Shown one piece after another: positions 1-10,664 of a DNA stretch of 64,000 nucleotides (its first letter is position 1; each line of letters opens with the position of its first letter). Source of the stretch: a virus. The translations under genes and the position numbers were made by a program. The notes beneath the pieces are model-generated. The model ran no database searches and had not been told where the DNA came from. It saw only the letters and a program-made list of their open reading frames with translations. The DNA lies in the IMG/VR virus record IMGVR_UViG_3300047494_000058, positions 8,225-72,224 of that record; one strand, given 5' to 3'.

Positions 1-132
1 CTGCCGGCCCAGGTCCTCACTCAGTTCCAGGTGTCGATCCCGGCGCAAACGTTCGAGACCGTGGTCGAGGTAAACCTGGCGGACCTTGCCGCGGCCCTGG
101 CCAAGTATATGATGACAGCTGCTCCGGAGTGA
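1..132 (+). CDS. 3' end of a gene truncated by the window edge
   Basis: Frame 1 open from base 1: LPAQVLTQFQVSIPAQTFETVVEVNLADLAAALAKYMMTAAPE*. Confidence 0.6.
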   Translation: MPAQVLTQFQVSIPAQTFETVVEVNLADLAAALAKYMMTAAPE

Positions 133-152
133 TGGACAGCCGGAGATAATCG

Positions 153-3100
153 ATGGCCGTTGCAATTCGTCAGTACGTCGATAGCGGGAACTCGAACGGC
201 CCTTCAGGCGGCTATCCGTCCACGTGGAGTGTTTCTCCAAGCTCAGCGACGCTCGTCGGCTCGTGCTTGGTTATTCAATATTGTTTGTCCAACGACAACG
301 GCGACGTCACCCTCACGTGTGCCGATTCGAAGGGCAATACCTACGTTAAGCGCGGCGACGTTGCCGATACGAGCAGCAACGGCGACGAGCGCTACGTCTG
401 GTTCGTGTGTGATAGCGCGACGCACGCGCTCTCCTCGACCGATACGATTACCGTCACCGGGTCGGGCACCGACTACAACGAGTCGCTGTTCTGGGAGTTG
501 ACCGGATCGACCGGATACCTCACCTACGCCGGCAACTGGCAGCAGGGCATCTCGGGTTCGAGCGCGAACAACCTCAACACCGGCAGCCTGGCTTGTGGCT
601 CCGCGTCGAGCGTATTTGTCCTCGCTTGCTCGATGAACTCCACCGGTAGCGGCACGACACCCTACTACCCGATAGTCGGCACCGGGCTCACAAACGGCGG
701 CAACTGGTTTAAATTCGACCAGGCTGGCAACGTCTATACGGCGGTCTGGGGGTACGGTACCTTTGCGTCGCCCGGCACGTTCTCGGCGAAGTTCACGTCG
801 TCAAGCGGCTCATCGTCCGACAACTACGTCACCTCCGGTATCGCGTTCGGCGTATCGAGTGGCGGCGGCGGCTCGGCGGCGCTGGCCGGGCCGGCCCCGG
901 CGATCGCATCGGCCGCGGGCGCGCTGCTCACCACCATCGCGCTGATCGGCGGTGGCGGCGGCTCGCTGTCGACGGGCTCGGGATCATTAACCACTTCCAA
1001 GCCGCTGGGTAGTGCGCCCGCGGCCTCGGTCATCACCGGCCAGGGCAGCCTCAGGGTCGGCGCCGCACTGACTGGCGCGGCCCGCTCCGTCGTGTCGAGC
1101 GGCGGCGGGTTCGTGAGTTCGGCGCCGCTGGCCGGCACCGGCCGGGCGCTGGTGGGCAGCCAGGCGGCGCTCACAACCGGCGTGTCGCTGTCCGGCCAGG
1201 CGTTCATCCCGGGCCAGGCCGTCGGCGTGTTCACCGCCTCAACCGTGTCGGGCCTGAGCTTCGGCATCGCCCAGTCCGCACACGCGGGCACCGCGGTCAC
1301 CAACATTACGACCACCCCGCTGACCTCGGTCAACGGCTCGGGGTTCGTGATCGGCGTGATCTCGCGCAACGGCGTGTCGCCGACAGTCGCCGACAGCTAC
1401 GGTAACGCCTACGTACAGATCGGCACGACCCAGGTGTACCAGGGCGGCCAGGCGTGTTCGTCCCTATGGCTCTGCTCCAACGGCGTGGGCGGCGCGAATC
1501 ACACCGCGTCGGCGTTTCAGGGTACGCCGGCCGACCTGTCGGTATACTTCCAGGAAGTCCGCAACAACGCCGGCTATGGCGTGCTGCTCGACGCGCTGTC
1601 ACAGGTCGACGCCTCGACCAGCCCGTACACCTCGGGGTCGATCAACACAGTCCACCCGCAGGAGGTGGTGCTGTCGTTCTTTGCCGGCTTCTCGGCGCAG
1701 AATCCGGCAACCCTGACAACGACGCTCGGCAATACGACCAATTCCCAGGTTAACGGTTCGACCGGCAACGAGGCGCTGGGCGCCCTGTCGGGCGCGATCT
1801 ACACGATGCCGCAGACCGGGCTCACCGCGTCCTGGACGCAGGCGAGCAACCCGGCCGATGCGTCGGTGTCGATCCTGAGCTTTTACGCGACGCCGGTCCC
1901 GGGCATCTTTGTAGGCGGCGCGGCCTCGAATGTGGCCGCCTCGGGCGCGCTCACCACGACGACCGCGTTCCCGGCGTCGCAGGCCGCCGGGCTGGCGTCG
2001 GCCGCGGGCGCCCTGACCAACTTCGCGTCCATCGTCCTTACAACGCCGGCCACCGTCGGTATCGGATCGTTCTACGATCCGTACCTGTGGGAGGATGAAC
2101 AGCCCTTCCCCGGCTGCACCGCGTACTGGGACCCCACGTATCTGACGGTCCGGGCCGACGGCTCGATGCGCTCGACCGCGGTCAACGTCCGGGTGCAACT
2201 GCAGTTCGTCGACCCGGCCGGCAACACCGGCCAGGCGGTCCTGGTCATCACCTCGGGCGAGGTGGGCGTGGCGCAGGGGCTGGCTAGTGCCACCGGCTCA
2301 TTGACCACCGTCCCCAGTGTTTTCGGCGGCCTCGCGTCGGCCGTGAGCAGCGCATCCGGTACCATAGTGGCGGGTATCCCCCTGGCGGGCGCCGCGGTGG
2401 CCGTCGCGACCGGCAACGGCGACACGATCCTGAACGGGATCAATCTGAACGGTGCAGCGTACGTCCTGGTAAACGCAACGCCGACGCTGATCAACCAGGT
2501 GGCGGTATTTACCGGCCCGGCATGCGCCACGGTGTCGGCAGCCGGCAACCTGGTACTCACCGCCACCCTGGCGGGCGGCGCGCAGGCCCGGGTGAACGCG
2601 GCCGGAGTGCTCAGCCACGGTGCGCAGCTGGTCGGCCCGGCGCCGGTCGTAGCTACCGGCGGCGCTGCCTTCACGGCGGCCATCCGGCCGTCCGGGGCGG
2701 CCCGCGGGCTGGCATCCGCTACTGGAGCCCTCCTTACCGGCTCGCGCCTGACCGGAGCCGCGGGAAGTACCACGACGGGCACGGGCGCGCTGGTACTGCG
2801 GGCCGCGCTCGCCGGCCGGGCTCAGACGCTGGTGGCCGCGCCCGCGGCCCTGAGCGCGGGCGCGGGCTTCACCGGGGCGGCCCGTGCGGTGGTCACCGCG
2901 GCCGGCGCACCCCGCGTCGGGGCCGGGCTCAACGGCCAGGCTCGGGCAGTGGTGACAGCCCGCGGTGGCGGCCAGTCGAACATCCAGCTGGCGGGCGCGG
3001 CGTACTGCATCATCTACTCGGACCCTGAACTCACGACCGACCAGAGCCCGGTTGGAATGTACCATGGAGACCCCAACCTCGTGATCGGCCCCAAGTTCTA

Positions 3101-3419
3101 CCAGAATCCGGGATATGTGACCCTCGGACCTACCGAACAGCGCATCATCACCTGCGACTACACGGCGGACCTGGCCGAGGGCGAGACCCTGGTGGGCGTG
3201 GCCATCGCGGCGGTCGAGAACACCGCGGGCTCGGACCCGATGCTCGTATCGCTGGTGTCGGGCCTGCTGTCGTTCAACGTAGGCCAGACCCAGGTGCTGG
3301 TACCGGTGAACGGCGCCAACGGCCTGCTCGATAATGACTACTACATCACCGTGACCTGCGCCACCAGCAACCCGCAGAAGGTGCTGGACCGGTTCGTACT
3401 GGTCATGGTTCGGAGTTAA
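153..3419 (+). CDS. Large Ala/Gly/Ser/Thr-rich virion fiber-like protein with C-terminal adaptor-like domain
   Basis: 1088 aa; GGAG SD; two related beta-rich domains (DSKGNTY / DSYGNAY); about 20-aa LxGxAxAxxxAxGxL repeats; C-terminal GPTEQRIITCDY...YYITVTC domain. Confidence 0.6.
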   Translation: MAVAIRQYVDSGNSNGPSGGYPSTWSVSPSSATLVGSCLVIQYCLSNDNGDVTLTCADSKGNTYVKRGDVADTSSNGDERYVWFVCDSATHALSSTDTITVTGSGTDYNESLFWELTGSTGYLTYAGNWQQGISGSSANNLNTGSLACGSASSVFVLACSMNSTGSGTTPYYPIVGTGLTNGGNWFKFDQAGNVYTAVWGYGTFASPGTFSAKFTSSSGSSSDNYVTSGIAFGVSSGGGGSAALAGPAPAIASAAGALLTTIALIGGGGGSLSTGSGSLTTSKPLGSAPAASVITGQGSLRVGAALTGAARSVVSSGGGFVSSAPLAGTGRALVGSQAALTTGVSLSGQAFIPGQAVGVFTASTVSGLSFGIAQSAHAGTAVTNITTTPLTSVNGSGFVIGVISRNGVSPTVADSYGNAYVQIGTTQVYQGGQACSSLWLCSNGVGGANHTASAFQGTPADLSVYFQEVRNNAGYGVLLDALSQVDASTSPYTSGSINTVHPQEVVLSFFAGFSAQNPATLTTTLGNTTNSQVNGSTGNEALGALSGAIYTMPQTGLTASWTQASNPADASVSILSFYATPVPGIFVGGAASNVAASGALTTTTAFPASQAAGLASAAGALTNFASIVLTTPATVGIGSFYDPYLWEDEQPFPGCTAYWDPTYLTVRADGSMRSTAVNVRVQLQFVDPAGNTGQAVLVITSGEVGVAQGLASATGSLTTVPSVFGGLASAVSSASGTIVAGIPLAGAAVAVATGNGDTILNGINLNGAAYVLVNATPTLINQVAVFTGPACATVSAAGNLVLTATLAGGAQARVNAAGVLSHGAQLVGPAPVVATGGAAFTAAIRPSGAARGLASATGALLTGSRLTGAAGSTTTGTGALVLRAALAGRAQTLVAAPAALSAGAGFTGAARAVVTAAGAPRVGAGLNGQARAVVTARGGGQSNIQLAGAAYCIIYSDPELTTDQSPVGMYHGDPNLVIGPKFYQNPGYVTLGPTEQRIITCDYTADLAEGETLVGVAIAAVENTAGSDPMLVSLVSGLLSFNVGQTQVLVPVNGANGLLDNDYYITVTCATSNPQKVLDRFVLVMVRS

Positions 3420-3420
3420 T

Positions 3421-4800
3421 ATGCCCACGCTCGACCGCGCCACGATCCTGACCGGCAACCTGCCGGACGGCATCAAGCGCTACCGTTCGTCGGTGGAGGA
3501 CCGCTCGGCGTTCCATGCGCCCACCCAGCTGGGCAAATCGCAGCACGAGACCCCGGAAGGGTACCTGCTGTGCAAGGATGTGTGCATCGCGCGCATCGGC
3601 GAGCAGCAGTACCACAAGAGCGAACTCGCGCTCGACGCGGACGGCTCGGGCAACATCACGGTCATGCGCGTCCCTGAGGAGGTGTTCGACGCCACCGCGC
3701 TGGCCTCCTTCGAAGGCAAGTCGGTCACGGTTGAGCACCCCAACGAGTTCGTTAATCCGTCCAACGTGCGGCGGCTCGAAGTCGGCACAGTGCACAATGT
3801 GCACCGCGGCGACGGCATCGAGGACGATATGGTGGTGGCGGACCTTCTGATCAAGGACCCGGCAGCCATCGCCTACGCAAAGAAGATGAAACCCGAGGTC
3901 AGCTGCGGTTATGACTGCGAGTACGACCAGAAAGAACCAGGCCATGCGATTCAGCGGATGATCCGCGGCAATCACGTGGCGCTAGTAGATCGGGGCCGCG
4001 CCGGCCCTCGATGCGCGATAAAGGACCATATGGGCGGTCCCCCCGACACTGCAACATTTTTAAGAGGTTTATTCACCATGGCAGACAACAAACCCCTATC
4101 CAAGCTCGCCCGCATCCGCGCAGCCTTCAAGGCTCAGGACGCGGTCGCGATGGAACAGGAACTCGGCACCCAAGACGAAGAGGAAACAATGATGGACAGT
4201 TCTATGGACGCGAAGATCAAAGATGCGCTCGACTGGATCGCGGAACAGCGTTCACAGGACGCGGCGAAAAAGCAGCAGGACGCGGTTGACAAGGCTGTGA
4301 AGGACGCCCTCGAAAAGAAGGCCAAGGAGGAGTGTGACGCCAAGGATGCCGCCGACAAGGCAGCCAAGGACGCGATGCTCAGCGCCGAGAAGGCCCCGCC
4401 GGCCCCGGACCTGGGCGTCCTGCACACGGGCGACTCCCTAAAGGCCGTACTGGGCCACGCCGAGATCCTCAGCCCCGGCATCAAGGCGCCGACCGTCGAT
4501 GCGGCAAACGCGACCAAGGACGCGGTTCCCAAGCTCATGCTGCAGGCTCTGTCCGACGCGTACAAGACCGATATCGGCAAGGCGGCCATCGACCCGCTGC
4601 TGGCCGGCCGCACCATCGACGCCATCACGACTGTCAACGTTGCCGACATCTTCCACGGCGCGGCAGCCTTGGTGGCCGCGCACAACAACCGCGGCAATAA
4701 GCCCGCACCGTTGTCTACGCGGGACTTCGGCAAGCCCACGTCCATCGAGGACATGAGCAAACAGTATAGCGATTTCTGGGCCAAGCGCCTGCAGGCGTAA
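3421..4800 (+). CDS. Prohead protease/scaffold (DUF2213-like)
   Basis: TPEGYLLCKDVCIARIG, SFEGKSVTVEHP, EVSCGYD, NHVALVDRGRAG motifs; charged DA-rich scaffold tail; upstream of capsid genes. Confidence 0.9.
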   Translation: MPTLDRATILTGNLPDGIKRYRSSVEDRSAFHAPTQLGKSQHETPEGYLLCKDVCIARIGEQQYHKSELALDADGSGNITVMRVPEEVFDATALASFEGKSVTVEHPNEFVNPSNVRRLEVGTVHNVHRGDGIEDDMVVADLLIKDPAAIAYAKKMKPEVSCGYDCEYDQKEPGHAIQRMIRGNHVALVDRGRAGPRCAIKDHMGGPPDTATFLRGLFTMADNKPLSKLARIRAAFKAQDAVAMEQELGTQDEEETMMDSSMDAKIKDALDWIAEQRSQDAAKKQQDAVDKAVKDALEKKAKEECDAKDAADKAAKDAMLSAEKAPPAPDLGVLHTGDSLKAVLGHAEILSPGIKAPTVDAANATKDAVPKLMLQALSDAYKTDIGKAAIDPLLAGRTIDAITTVNVADIFHGAAALVAAHNNRGNKPAPLSTRDFGKPTSIEDMSKQYSDFWAKRLQA

Positions 4801-4835
4801 CCCTTCTCTCCCACCCATAACGAGGTTTTCATCAC

Positions 4836-5348
4836 ATGGCTCAGAGCAATACGATTCTTTACCGTATGCCTTTCGGCGTACCCGGCGACCTGTCGCGCCC
4901 GTCAGTGGCGACGGTCGAAGCACAGCCCTACAACTCGTCCCTGCCGTTTGCCTCCTACGGCATCCCCGGCAAGATCGCCAACGGTCTGTTCGTCCCGATC
5001 TCAACGTCCGCCGACATCATCTACGGGTTCCTGGTCCGTCCGTACCCCACGACCGGCGCGAACGCGTCCGATCCGCTGGGTACCGGCGTGCCCCTGGCCT
5101 CGGCCCTGCTCGCCAATATCATGCGCCGCGGCTACATGAACGTGGTTTGCAATGCCGGCACGCCGACACTCGGCGGCGCAGTTTACGTGCGCTATGCCAA
5201 CGGCACGCTCGGCACGCCCATTGGCGGCCTTGAGGCCACCTCAGTCGGCGGCTCGAATTTCGCGATCACCGCCACCAATGGCTCCCCGGTGTACTTCACC
5301 GGTCCCGCCGACGGCGCCGGCAACTGCGAAATCGCGTACAACATCTAA
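4836..5348 (+). CDS. Capsid cement/decoration protein
   Basis: YRMPFGVPGDLSR, YGFLVRPYP, MRRGY, ADGAGNCEIAYNI; lies between protease and major capsid gene. Confidence 0.8.
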   Translation: MAQSNTILYRMPFGVPGDLSRPSVATVEAQPYNSSLPFASYGIPGKIANGLFVPISTSADIIYGFLVRPYPTTGANASDPLGTGVPLASALLANIMRRGYMNVVCNAGTPTLGGAVYVRYANGTLGTPIGGLEATSVGGSNFAITATNGSPVYFTGPADGAGNCEIAYNI

Positions 5349-5384
5349 GCGCTCGGCGCACCAACCCCTCCGGAGTTCAATTAC

Positions 5385-6470
5385 ATGCTCATCTCTCAAT
5401 CCGTATCGGCTGCGCTCGCCGCACGCAACGCGCAGCCCGCCATGAGTGTCGTCGACAGCGTCGACACTCGCCTCACGCACCGTAAGCGGCTCGAAACCCG
5501 CGACGGCCTGATGACCTACGACGCGCAGGTCATCGACTCATCCGGCGTGTTCCTCGTCGGCGAGTTGGAAAAGCTGGACCAGCGGCTGCACATGCCGCTG
5601 GCATCGTACACCTGGGCGCGCGACATCGACCTGCGCCAGGACGTGTCGATGGCGGACGAAGAGTCCAGCTTCACGAATTCGAGCTTCGCCAGCGCCCAGG
5701 GCGTCGCGGGCTCGAACAAGGCGTGGGCCGGCAAGGACTCCAGCGCCATCGTCGGAATGTCGCTCGACATCGGCAAGACCATCCAGCCCCTGCCCATCTG
5801 GGCGGTGCAGCTGTCATGGACGCTGCCGGAACTGCAGAGCGCTGCGAAACTCGGCCGCCCGGTCGACGCGCAGAAGTTCGAGGCGATGCAGCTGAAGTAC
5901 CAGATGGACATCGACGAAGAGACCTACATGGGCGACAGCGTCCTGGGTATGAACGGTCTGTTCAATCACTCGGCGCTGACCAACGTGGGCAACGCGCTCA
6001 CGGGCGGTTGGGCGAGTGCGTCGCCGGCCCAGATCCTGGCCGACATCAACGCGCTCCTCACCTCGGTGTGGGCCGCGACCGGTTATGCGGTCATGCCGTC
6101 CCGGCTGCTGGTCGACCCGGCCTCGTACACGCTGCTGCGCTCCACGCTGATCAGCACCGCGGGTAACATCTCGATCCTCAAGTTCGTGATGGAGAACAAC
6201 GCGGCGGTCGGTGTCGCCACCGAACCGTTCCTGATCCTGCCCTGCAAGTGGCTCACCGGCACCAACAACGGCGGCAAAGGCCCGGCGGCGACGAACTCGA
6301 TGTTCGCCTACGTCAAGGACCCGATGCGCGTCCGTCTGCCGCTGGTCCCATTGCAGCGCACCCCGATCGAGTACCGCGACATCCGGCAGATCACCACGTA
6401 CTTCGGCCGCATCGGCGGCGTCGAAATGGTGTACCCGGAAGTGTGCGGCCGGCGTTCCAACCTGGGCTAA
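5385..6470 (+). CDS. Major capsid protein (DUF2184-like)
   Basis: FLVGELEKLD, TWARDIDLR, YQMDIDEETYMGD, YFGRIGGVE motifs; synteny. Confidence 0.9.
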   Translation: MLISQSVSAALAARNAQPAMSVVDSVDTRLTHRKRLETRDGLMTYDAQVIDSSGVFLVGELEKLDQRLHMPLASYTWARDIDLRQDVSMADEESSFTNSSFASAQGVAGSNKAWAGKDSSAIVGMSLDIGKTIQPLPIWAVQLSWTLPELQSAAKLGRPVDAQKFEAMQLKYQMDIDEETYMGDSVLGMNGLFNHSALTNVGNALTGGWASASPAQILADINALLTSVWAATGYAVMPSRLLVDPASYTLLRSTLISTAGNISILKFVMENNAAVGVATEPFLILPCKWLTGTNNGGKGPAATNSMFAYVKDPMRVRLPLVPLQRTPIEYRDIRQITTYFGRIGGVEMVYPEVCGRRSNLG

Positions 6471-6518
6471 TAGGCGCCCGCAGTTCGATAAAATCTTGTA
6501 AATGTAGGGGTAAACAAT

Positions 6519-7181
6519 ATGACGATTCGACGAGTGTTGAAAGCATTCCGCTTCAGCCTGCCGGCCAAGCAGACCGGCAGGCTGTCAAGTGAACTCATCT
6601 TCGCACCGGGAGACCATGACATCCCGGACGAGGTGCTTGCCCACCCCTGGATGCAGGGAGGAGCGGACGGCTCTCTGGAGACGCACGAGGCCGCGGTCGA
6701 GCGCACCAAAAAGGCGCAAGTCCATGCGGAACATCAGGCCGACATAGCGGCCAAGGCCCAGCGCGATGCGCAGGCAGCACTATCCCGGCTCGAAGCGGCG
6801 CACAAGGCCGACGAGCCCAACCGCAGGTTAGCGGCCGATCAACTGAACCAGTCCGTCGGGACGATCCGCGCCCGGCAGGATGGGGTGAACATGGAAGACC
6901 CGGAGTTTCAGAAAGCGCTCAATACGCCGTTGAACGCCCTGCCGGTGTCCACGCCCGGCACGACCGGCGAGCAGTCCGACGCACAGGTGGCCGGCGCGAC
7001 GCCCAATGGCGGCTCAAACCTGCCGGGCAGCCCGACGCAGTCCGACGTGACGAGTGGCGCGGCCGATCCCGGCGCACCGCCTCCGGAGCTTACCGACAAG
7101 GAAACCTCGACCGATGAGGGTACCGAGACGGACGCTGAGGGTAAGCAGGTCCCCAAGGCCAAGGGCAAGAAGGGTAAGTAA
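6519..7181 (+). CDS. Capsid-associated protein with low-complexity C-terminus
   Basis: FAPGDHDIPDEVLAHPW N-terminal motif typical of the small gene after the major capsid gene. Confidence 0.6.
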   Translation: MTIRRVLKAFRFSLPAKQTGRLSSELIFAPGDHDIPDEVLAHPWMQGGADGSLETHEAAVERTKKAQVHAEHQADIAAKAQRDAQAALSRLEAAHKADEPNRRLAADQLNQSVGTIRARQDGVNMEDPEFQKALNTPLNALPVSTPGTTGEQSDAQVAGATPNGGSNLPGSPTQSDVTSGAADPGAPPPELTDKETSTDEGTETDAEGKQVPKAKGKKGK

Positions 7182-7604
7182 GTGGCAGTCACGCCCGCGA
7201 GCTTCCGGCAGGCGTTCCCGCAGTTCAAGAACCCGGACAAGTTCGGCGACTTTGCGATCACCATGTGGTCGGGCATCGCCTACAACCTGCTCGATCCTGT
7301 GCGGTGGGACGTCATGCTCGACTATGGGGCGATGCTGTACACGGCCCACCGGCTGGTGCTGATGGAGCGCGACGTACTGACTGCCATCGGCGGCGGCATA
7401 CCGGGCGCAGTCACAGGAGTGCTGACCGCCAAGGCGATTGACAAGGTATCGTCCTCGTACGACGCCCAGTCAGTGACCCTGGAAGATGGCGGCGACTACA
7501 ACATGACCCGGTACGGCATCGAACTCCTCAAACTGATGCGGCAGTTTGGCATGGGCGGCTTGCAGATGTCAGGGGTCGGCGAGTATGGCCCAGGCTGCTG
7601 GTAA
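7182..7604 (+). CDS. Head-tail adaptor (DUF4054-like)
   Basis: FRQAFPQF, LYTAH, DKVSSSYD, YNMTRYG motifs; GTG start. Confidence 0.85.
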   Translation: MAVTPASFRQAFPQFKNPDKFGDFAITMWSGIAYNLLDPVRWDVMLDYGAMLYTAHRLVLMERDVLTAIGGGIPGAVTGVLTAKAIDKVSSSYDAQSVTLEDGGDYNMTRYGIELLKLMRQFGMGGLQMSGVGEYGPGCW

Positions 7605-8163
7605 GAACCTCGAAGTCAGGGATAACACCAGGCGGATCTTTCAGGCGCTGGAGACGTTGCTCGGGCACGAGATCCTGGTGGGCATCCCCGAGGATAAGAG
7701 CCAGCGGCCGGGCGACTCCGACATCACCAACGCCGCGCTCGCCTACATTCACGAGTTCGGCAGCCCTGCAGCCAATGTGCCGGCCCGGCCGTTCCTGTTC
7801 CGCGGCATCGCGGCAGCCGAAAAGCCGGTGCTGCTGCAATTAAAGAAGGCTGGCAAGGCGGCCATGGACGGCGACGCGGGCCGCGCTCTGCAGTACATGC
7901 ACGCGGCCGGCAGCGTGGCGAGCAACTCGGTGCGCGACACGCTCCTTAAGGGCGAGGGCTGGGACCCGCTGTCACCGCAGACGATCCTGAACCGCAACCG
8001 GTCGCGCGGCACCAAGTCGCACCGCAAGGAAGAGTTGTACTACCTGGCGCTGTACTCCTCAGGCATGGACGCGGCCGATGCCCAGAGCGCGGCCAACATT
8101 AAGCCTTTAATCAACACAGGCGAGATGTTCCGCGCGATCACGTATGTAATCAAGAAGGTCTGA
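7585..8163 (+). CDS. Neck/tail completion protein
   Basis: ILVGIP, NAALAYIHEFGSP.NVPARPFL, KPLINTG; start inferred at ATG 7585. Confidence 0.75.
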   Translation: MAQAAGKNLEVRDNTRRIFQALETLLGHEILVGIPEDKSQRPGDSDITNAALAYIHEFGSPAANVPARPFLFRGIAAAEKPVLLQLKKAGKAAMDGDAGRALQYMHAAGSVASNSVRDTLLKGEGWDPLSPQTILNRNRSRGTKSHRKEELYYLALYSSGMDAADAQSAANIKPLINTGEMFRAITYVIKKV

Positions 8164-8164
8164 T

Positions 8165-8560
8165 ATGCCCCTGCTCGACATGTCGGACGTGCTGTACGAC
8201 CCGGACTTCCTCGATATTAATCTGTCGTGCGCGCGTAACCTGCAGGTCGTGGGCAGTAACGGCGTCGCCACCGACAATATTACGACCCTGCCGTTCGCGG
8301 CGACCGTCACCAGCTTCGGCGGTGACGAACTCAAGCGCTCGGCAGACGGTGAGTACATTACGCAGACCATCACGCTGGTTACCGCGTTCAAGCTTACCGA
8401 TGGTAAGGCGTTCATCGACGGGCGCGTGTACACGGCCGACATCATCACCTACCGCGGCAGCCAGTACACGGTGATGCATGTAGATGATTACTCGGCGTAC
8501 GGTCACGGCTTCATCCAGGCGACCGCGGAACTGCTGCCGCTGGCCGGACGCGACGATTGA
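8165..8560 (+). CDS. Head closure (stopper) protein
   Basis: MPLLDMSDVLYDPDF, ADIITYRG.QYTV, YGHGF; synteny. Confidence 0.7.
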   Translation: MPLLDMSDVLYDPDFLDINLSCARNLQVVGSNGVATDNITTLPFAATVTSFGGDELKRSADGEYITQTITLVTAFKLTDGKAFIDGRVYTADIITYRGSQYTVMHVDDYSAYGHGFIQATAELLPLAGRDD

Positions 8561-9165
8561 TGGGTAACAGTTCCCTCACCTACGGGTACCTGACGCCGAA
8601 TACGCCCTACCCGGCGGACGACGACGCGCTCACTGCGATCCTGCAGGGCATGGTAGTCGGCATCACGGGGCTCGACGGGACGCTGGTCCGGCCGCGCTGG
8701 CAGCCGGTGATCCCCAAGATGCCCGAACCGTCGACCAGCTGGTGCGCCATCGGGGTTTCCACCACCGTGCCTGACGACGGACCGTACATAGGCTATGACC
8801 CCCTCAACGACGTTGGTCCCTACATCCGGCACGAGACCATCGAACTGGCTTGCACATTTTACGGCCCACAGGCCAAGCAGTACGTATCCATCCTGCGCGA
8901 CGGCCTGGGCATCCCGCAGAACACCGACGTACTACGGGCCAATAACATGGCTTGGGTTTCGTGTGGCCCGATCCAGCAGGTCCCAGAACTGTTCAACCAG
9001 CAGTGGATACGGCGCCAGGATATGACGGTCACCCTGCGGCGTGAGGTCACGCGTACCTACAACATCACCTATCTCGCAATCGCTGCGGTCGACCTCAGAA
9101 CCGACGGCACGCCGGCACTCGACTCGGAATCAGTAATTCCGCCCACAGCTACCTTGGAGCCTTAA
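8557..9165 (+). CDS. Tail terminator / neck protein
   Basis: GITGLDGTLVRPRWQP, FYGP, PELFNQQW.RR.D; directly before sheath. Confidence 0.75.
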   Translation: MMGNSSLTYGYLTPNTPYPADDDALTAILQGMVVGITGLDGTLVRPRWQPVIPKMPEPSTSWCAIGVSTTVPDDGPYIGYDPLNDVGPYIRHETIELACTFYGPQAKQYVSILRDGLGIPQNTDVLRANNMAWVSCGPIQQVPELFNQQWIRRQDMTVTLRREVTRTYNITYLAIAAVDLRTDGTPALDSESVIPPTATLEP

Positions 9166-9169
9166 CAAC

Positions 9170-10648
9170 ATGTCTAATCCCGGACTTTCAGTCAGCGACG
9201 TCGTCGGCGTCAGCGTCTCGCTTTCCCCGACGCCCGCGCAGCTGCGCAGCTTTGGGTCGGCTCTCATCCTCGGCGACTCGGACGTCATCGACACCCAGAC
9301 GCGGTACCGCACTTACACCGGCATCACCGGCATCGGGGCCGACTTCGGCACCAACAGCCCGGAGTACGCGGCGGCGCTGGAGTTCTTCGGTCAGACCCCG
9401 CAGCCCTCGGTGTGCTATGTCGGGCGCTGGGCGCGCACCGCGACCCACGGCACCTATGTGGGCGCCACCCTGGGTAGCGCTGCACAGGTCATCAGCAACT
9501 TCAACGCCATCACCAACGGCGGCGTCAACATTACGGTAGACGGCACGCTGCACGCACTGGCCGCCATCTCGCTGGTCGGCGTGTCGAACCTCAACGCGGT
9601 GGCGTCGGCGCTGCAGACGGCGCTGGCCGGCGCGGCTACCGTCGTCTGGGACTCGAACAACAACCGGTTTGTCGTTAAGTCCACGACCAACGGCTCGGGC
9701 TCCTCGGTCAGCGCGGCGCAGGTCGGCACCGGCACCGACCTGTCGGTCATCATGGGCCTGAACTCCTCGGTGCTGGGCGGGTACTCGGTCAACGGAATAG
9801 CGGCCGAAACCCCGCTCGCCGCGGCCCAGACCCTGGCGGCGCTCACCAATGCCTGGTACGGGCTCACGTTCTCGGCCTCAGTCCAGCCGGCCGACGCCGA
9901 CTACCAGGCGGTGTCCGCCTTCATCCAGGCTTCCTCGCCAGCCCGCGTGTTCGCGGTCACCACCCAGGAGGCTAATGTCCTCACGACCGGCGTCAACACG
10001 GATATCGCATCGGTGCTGACGGCCAACCGTACGTTCGTGCAATACTCCTCGTCCAGCCCGGTGGCGGCAGCTGCGGCCCTGGGACTCGCGTTCAGTACCA
10101 ACTTCAACGGCGCCAACACGCTGTACACCCTGATGTTCAAGCAGGAGTCGGGCGTCCTGCCCGAGACCCTGACCGAGGCACAGTCAACCGAACTCCAGGC
10201 CGCGTACGGTAACGTGTTCGTGAATTACAACAACGGCGTGGCGATCCTGCAGAACGGCACCATGTCGGACGGTACGTTCTTCGATGTGATCCACGGCACC
10301 GACTGGCTGCAGAACGCGATCCAAACCGCGATCTTCAACCTGCTGCTCACCAGCCGCAAGATCCCGCAGACCGACGCGGGCGTGAACCAGATCGTATCGG
10401 TCGTCACCAACGTACTGGATCAGGCCGTGACCAACGGCCTGCTGGCGCCGGGCACCTGGACCGCGGCACCGTTCGGTGCCATCGTCACCGGGCAGTATCT
10501 CACCGCCGGATACTACGTGTACGCCCCGCCCATCGCGACCCAGTCCCAGGCCGCCCGTGCGGCCCGGCAGGCCCCCGTCCTCACCATCGCGGCCAAGCTC
10601 GCAGGCGCGATTCAGAGTGCGAACGTCATCGTCAACGTCAATCAATAA
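9170..10648 (+). CDS. Contractile tail sheath protein (DUF3383-like)
   Basis: DFGTNSPEYAAA.FFGQTPQP, FFDVIHGTDWLQN, KIPQTDAG, ARAARQAP motifs. Confidence 0.92.
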   Translation: MSNPGLSVSDVVGVSVSLSPTPAQLRSFGSALILGDSDVIDTQTRYRTYTGITGIGADFGTNSPEYAAALEFFGQTPQPSVCYVGRWARTATHGTYVGATLGSAAQVISNFNAITNGGVNITVDGTLHALAAISLVGVSNLNAVASALQTALAGAATVVWDSNNNRFVVKSTTNGSGSSVSAAQVGTGTDLSVIMGLNSSVLGGYSVNGIAAETPLAAAQTLAALTNAWYGLTFSASVQPADADYQAVSAFIQASSPARVFAVTTQEANVLTTGVNTDIASVLTANRTFVQYSSSSPVAAAAALGLAFSTNFNGANTLYTLMFKQESGVLPETLTEAQSTELQAAYGNVFVNYNNGVAILQNGTMSDGTFFDVIHGTDWLQNAIQTAIFNLLLTSRKIPQTDAGVNQIVSVVTNVLDQAVTNGLLAPGTWTAAPFGAIVTGQYLTAGYYVYAPPIATQSQAARAARQAPVLTIAAKLAGAIQSANVIVNVNQ

Positions 10649-10664
10649 TCGGAGTCCCTGATCC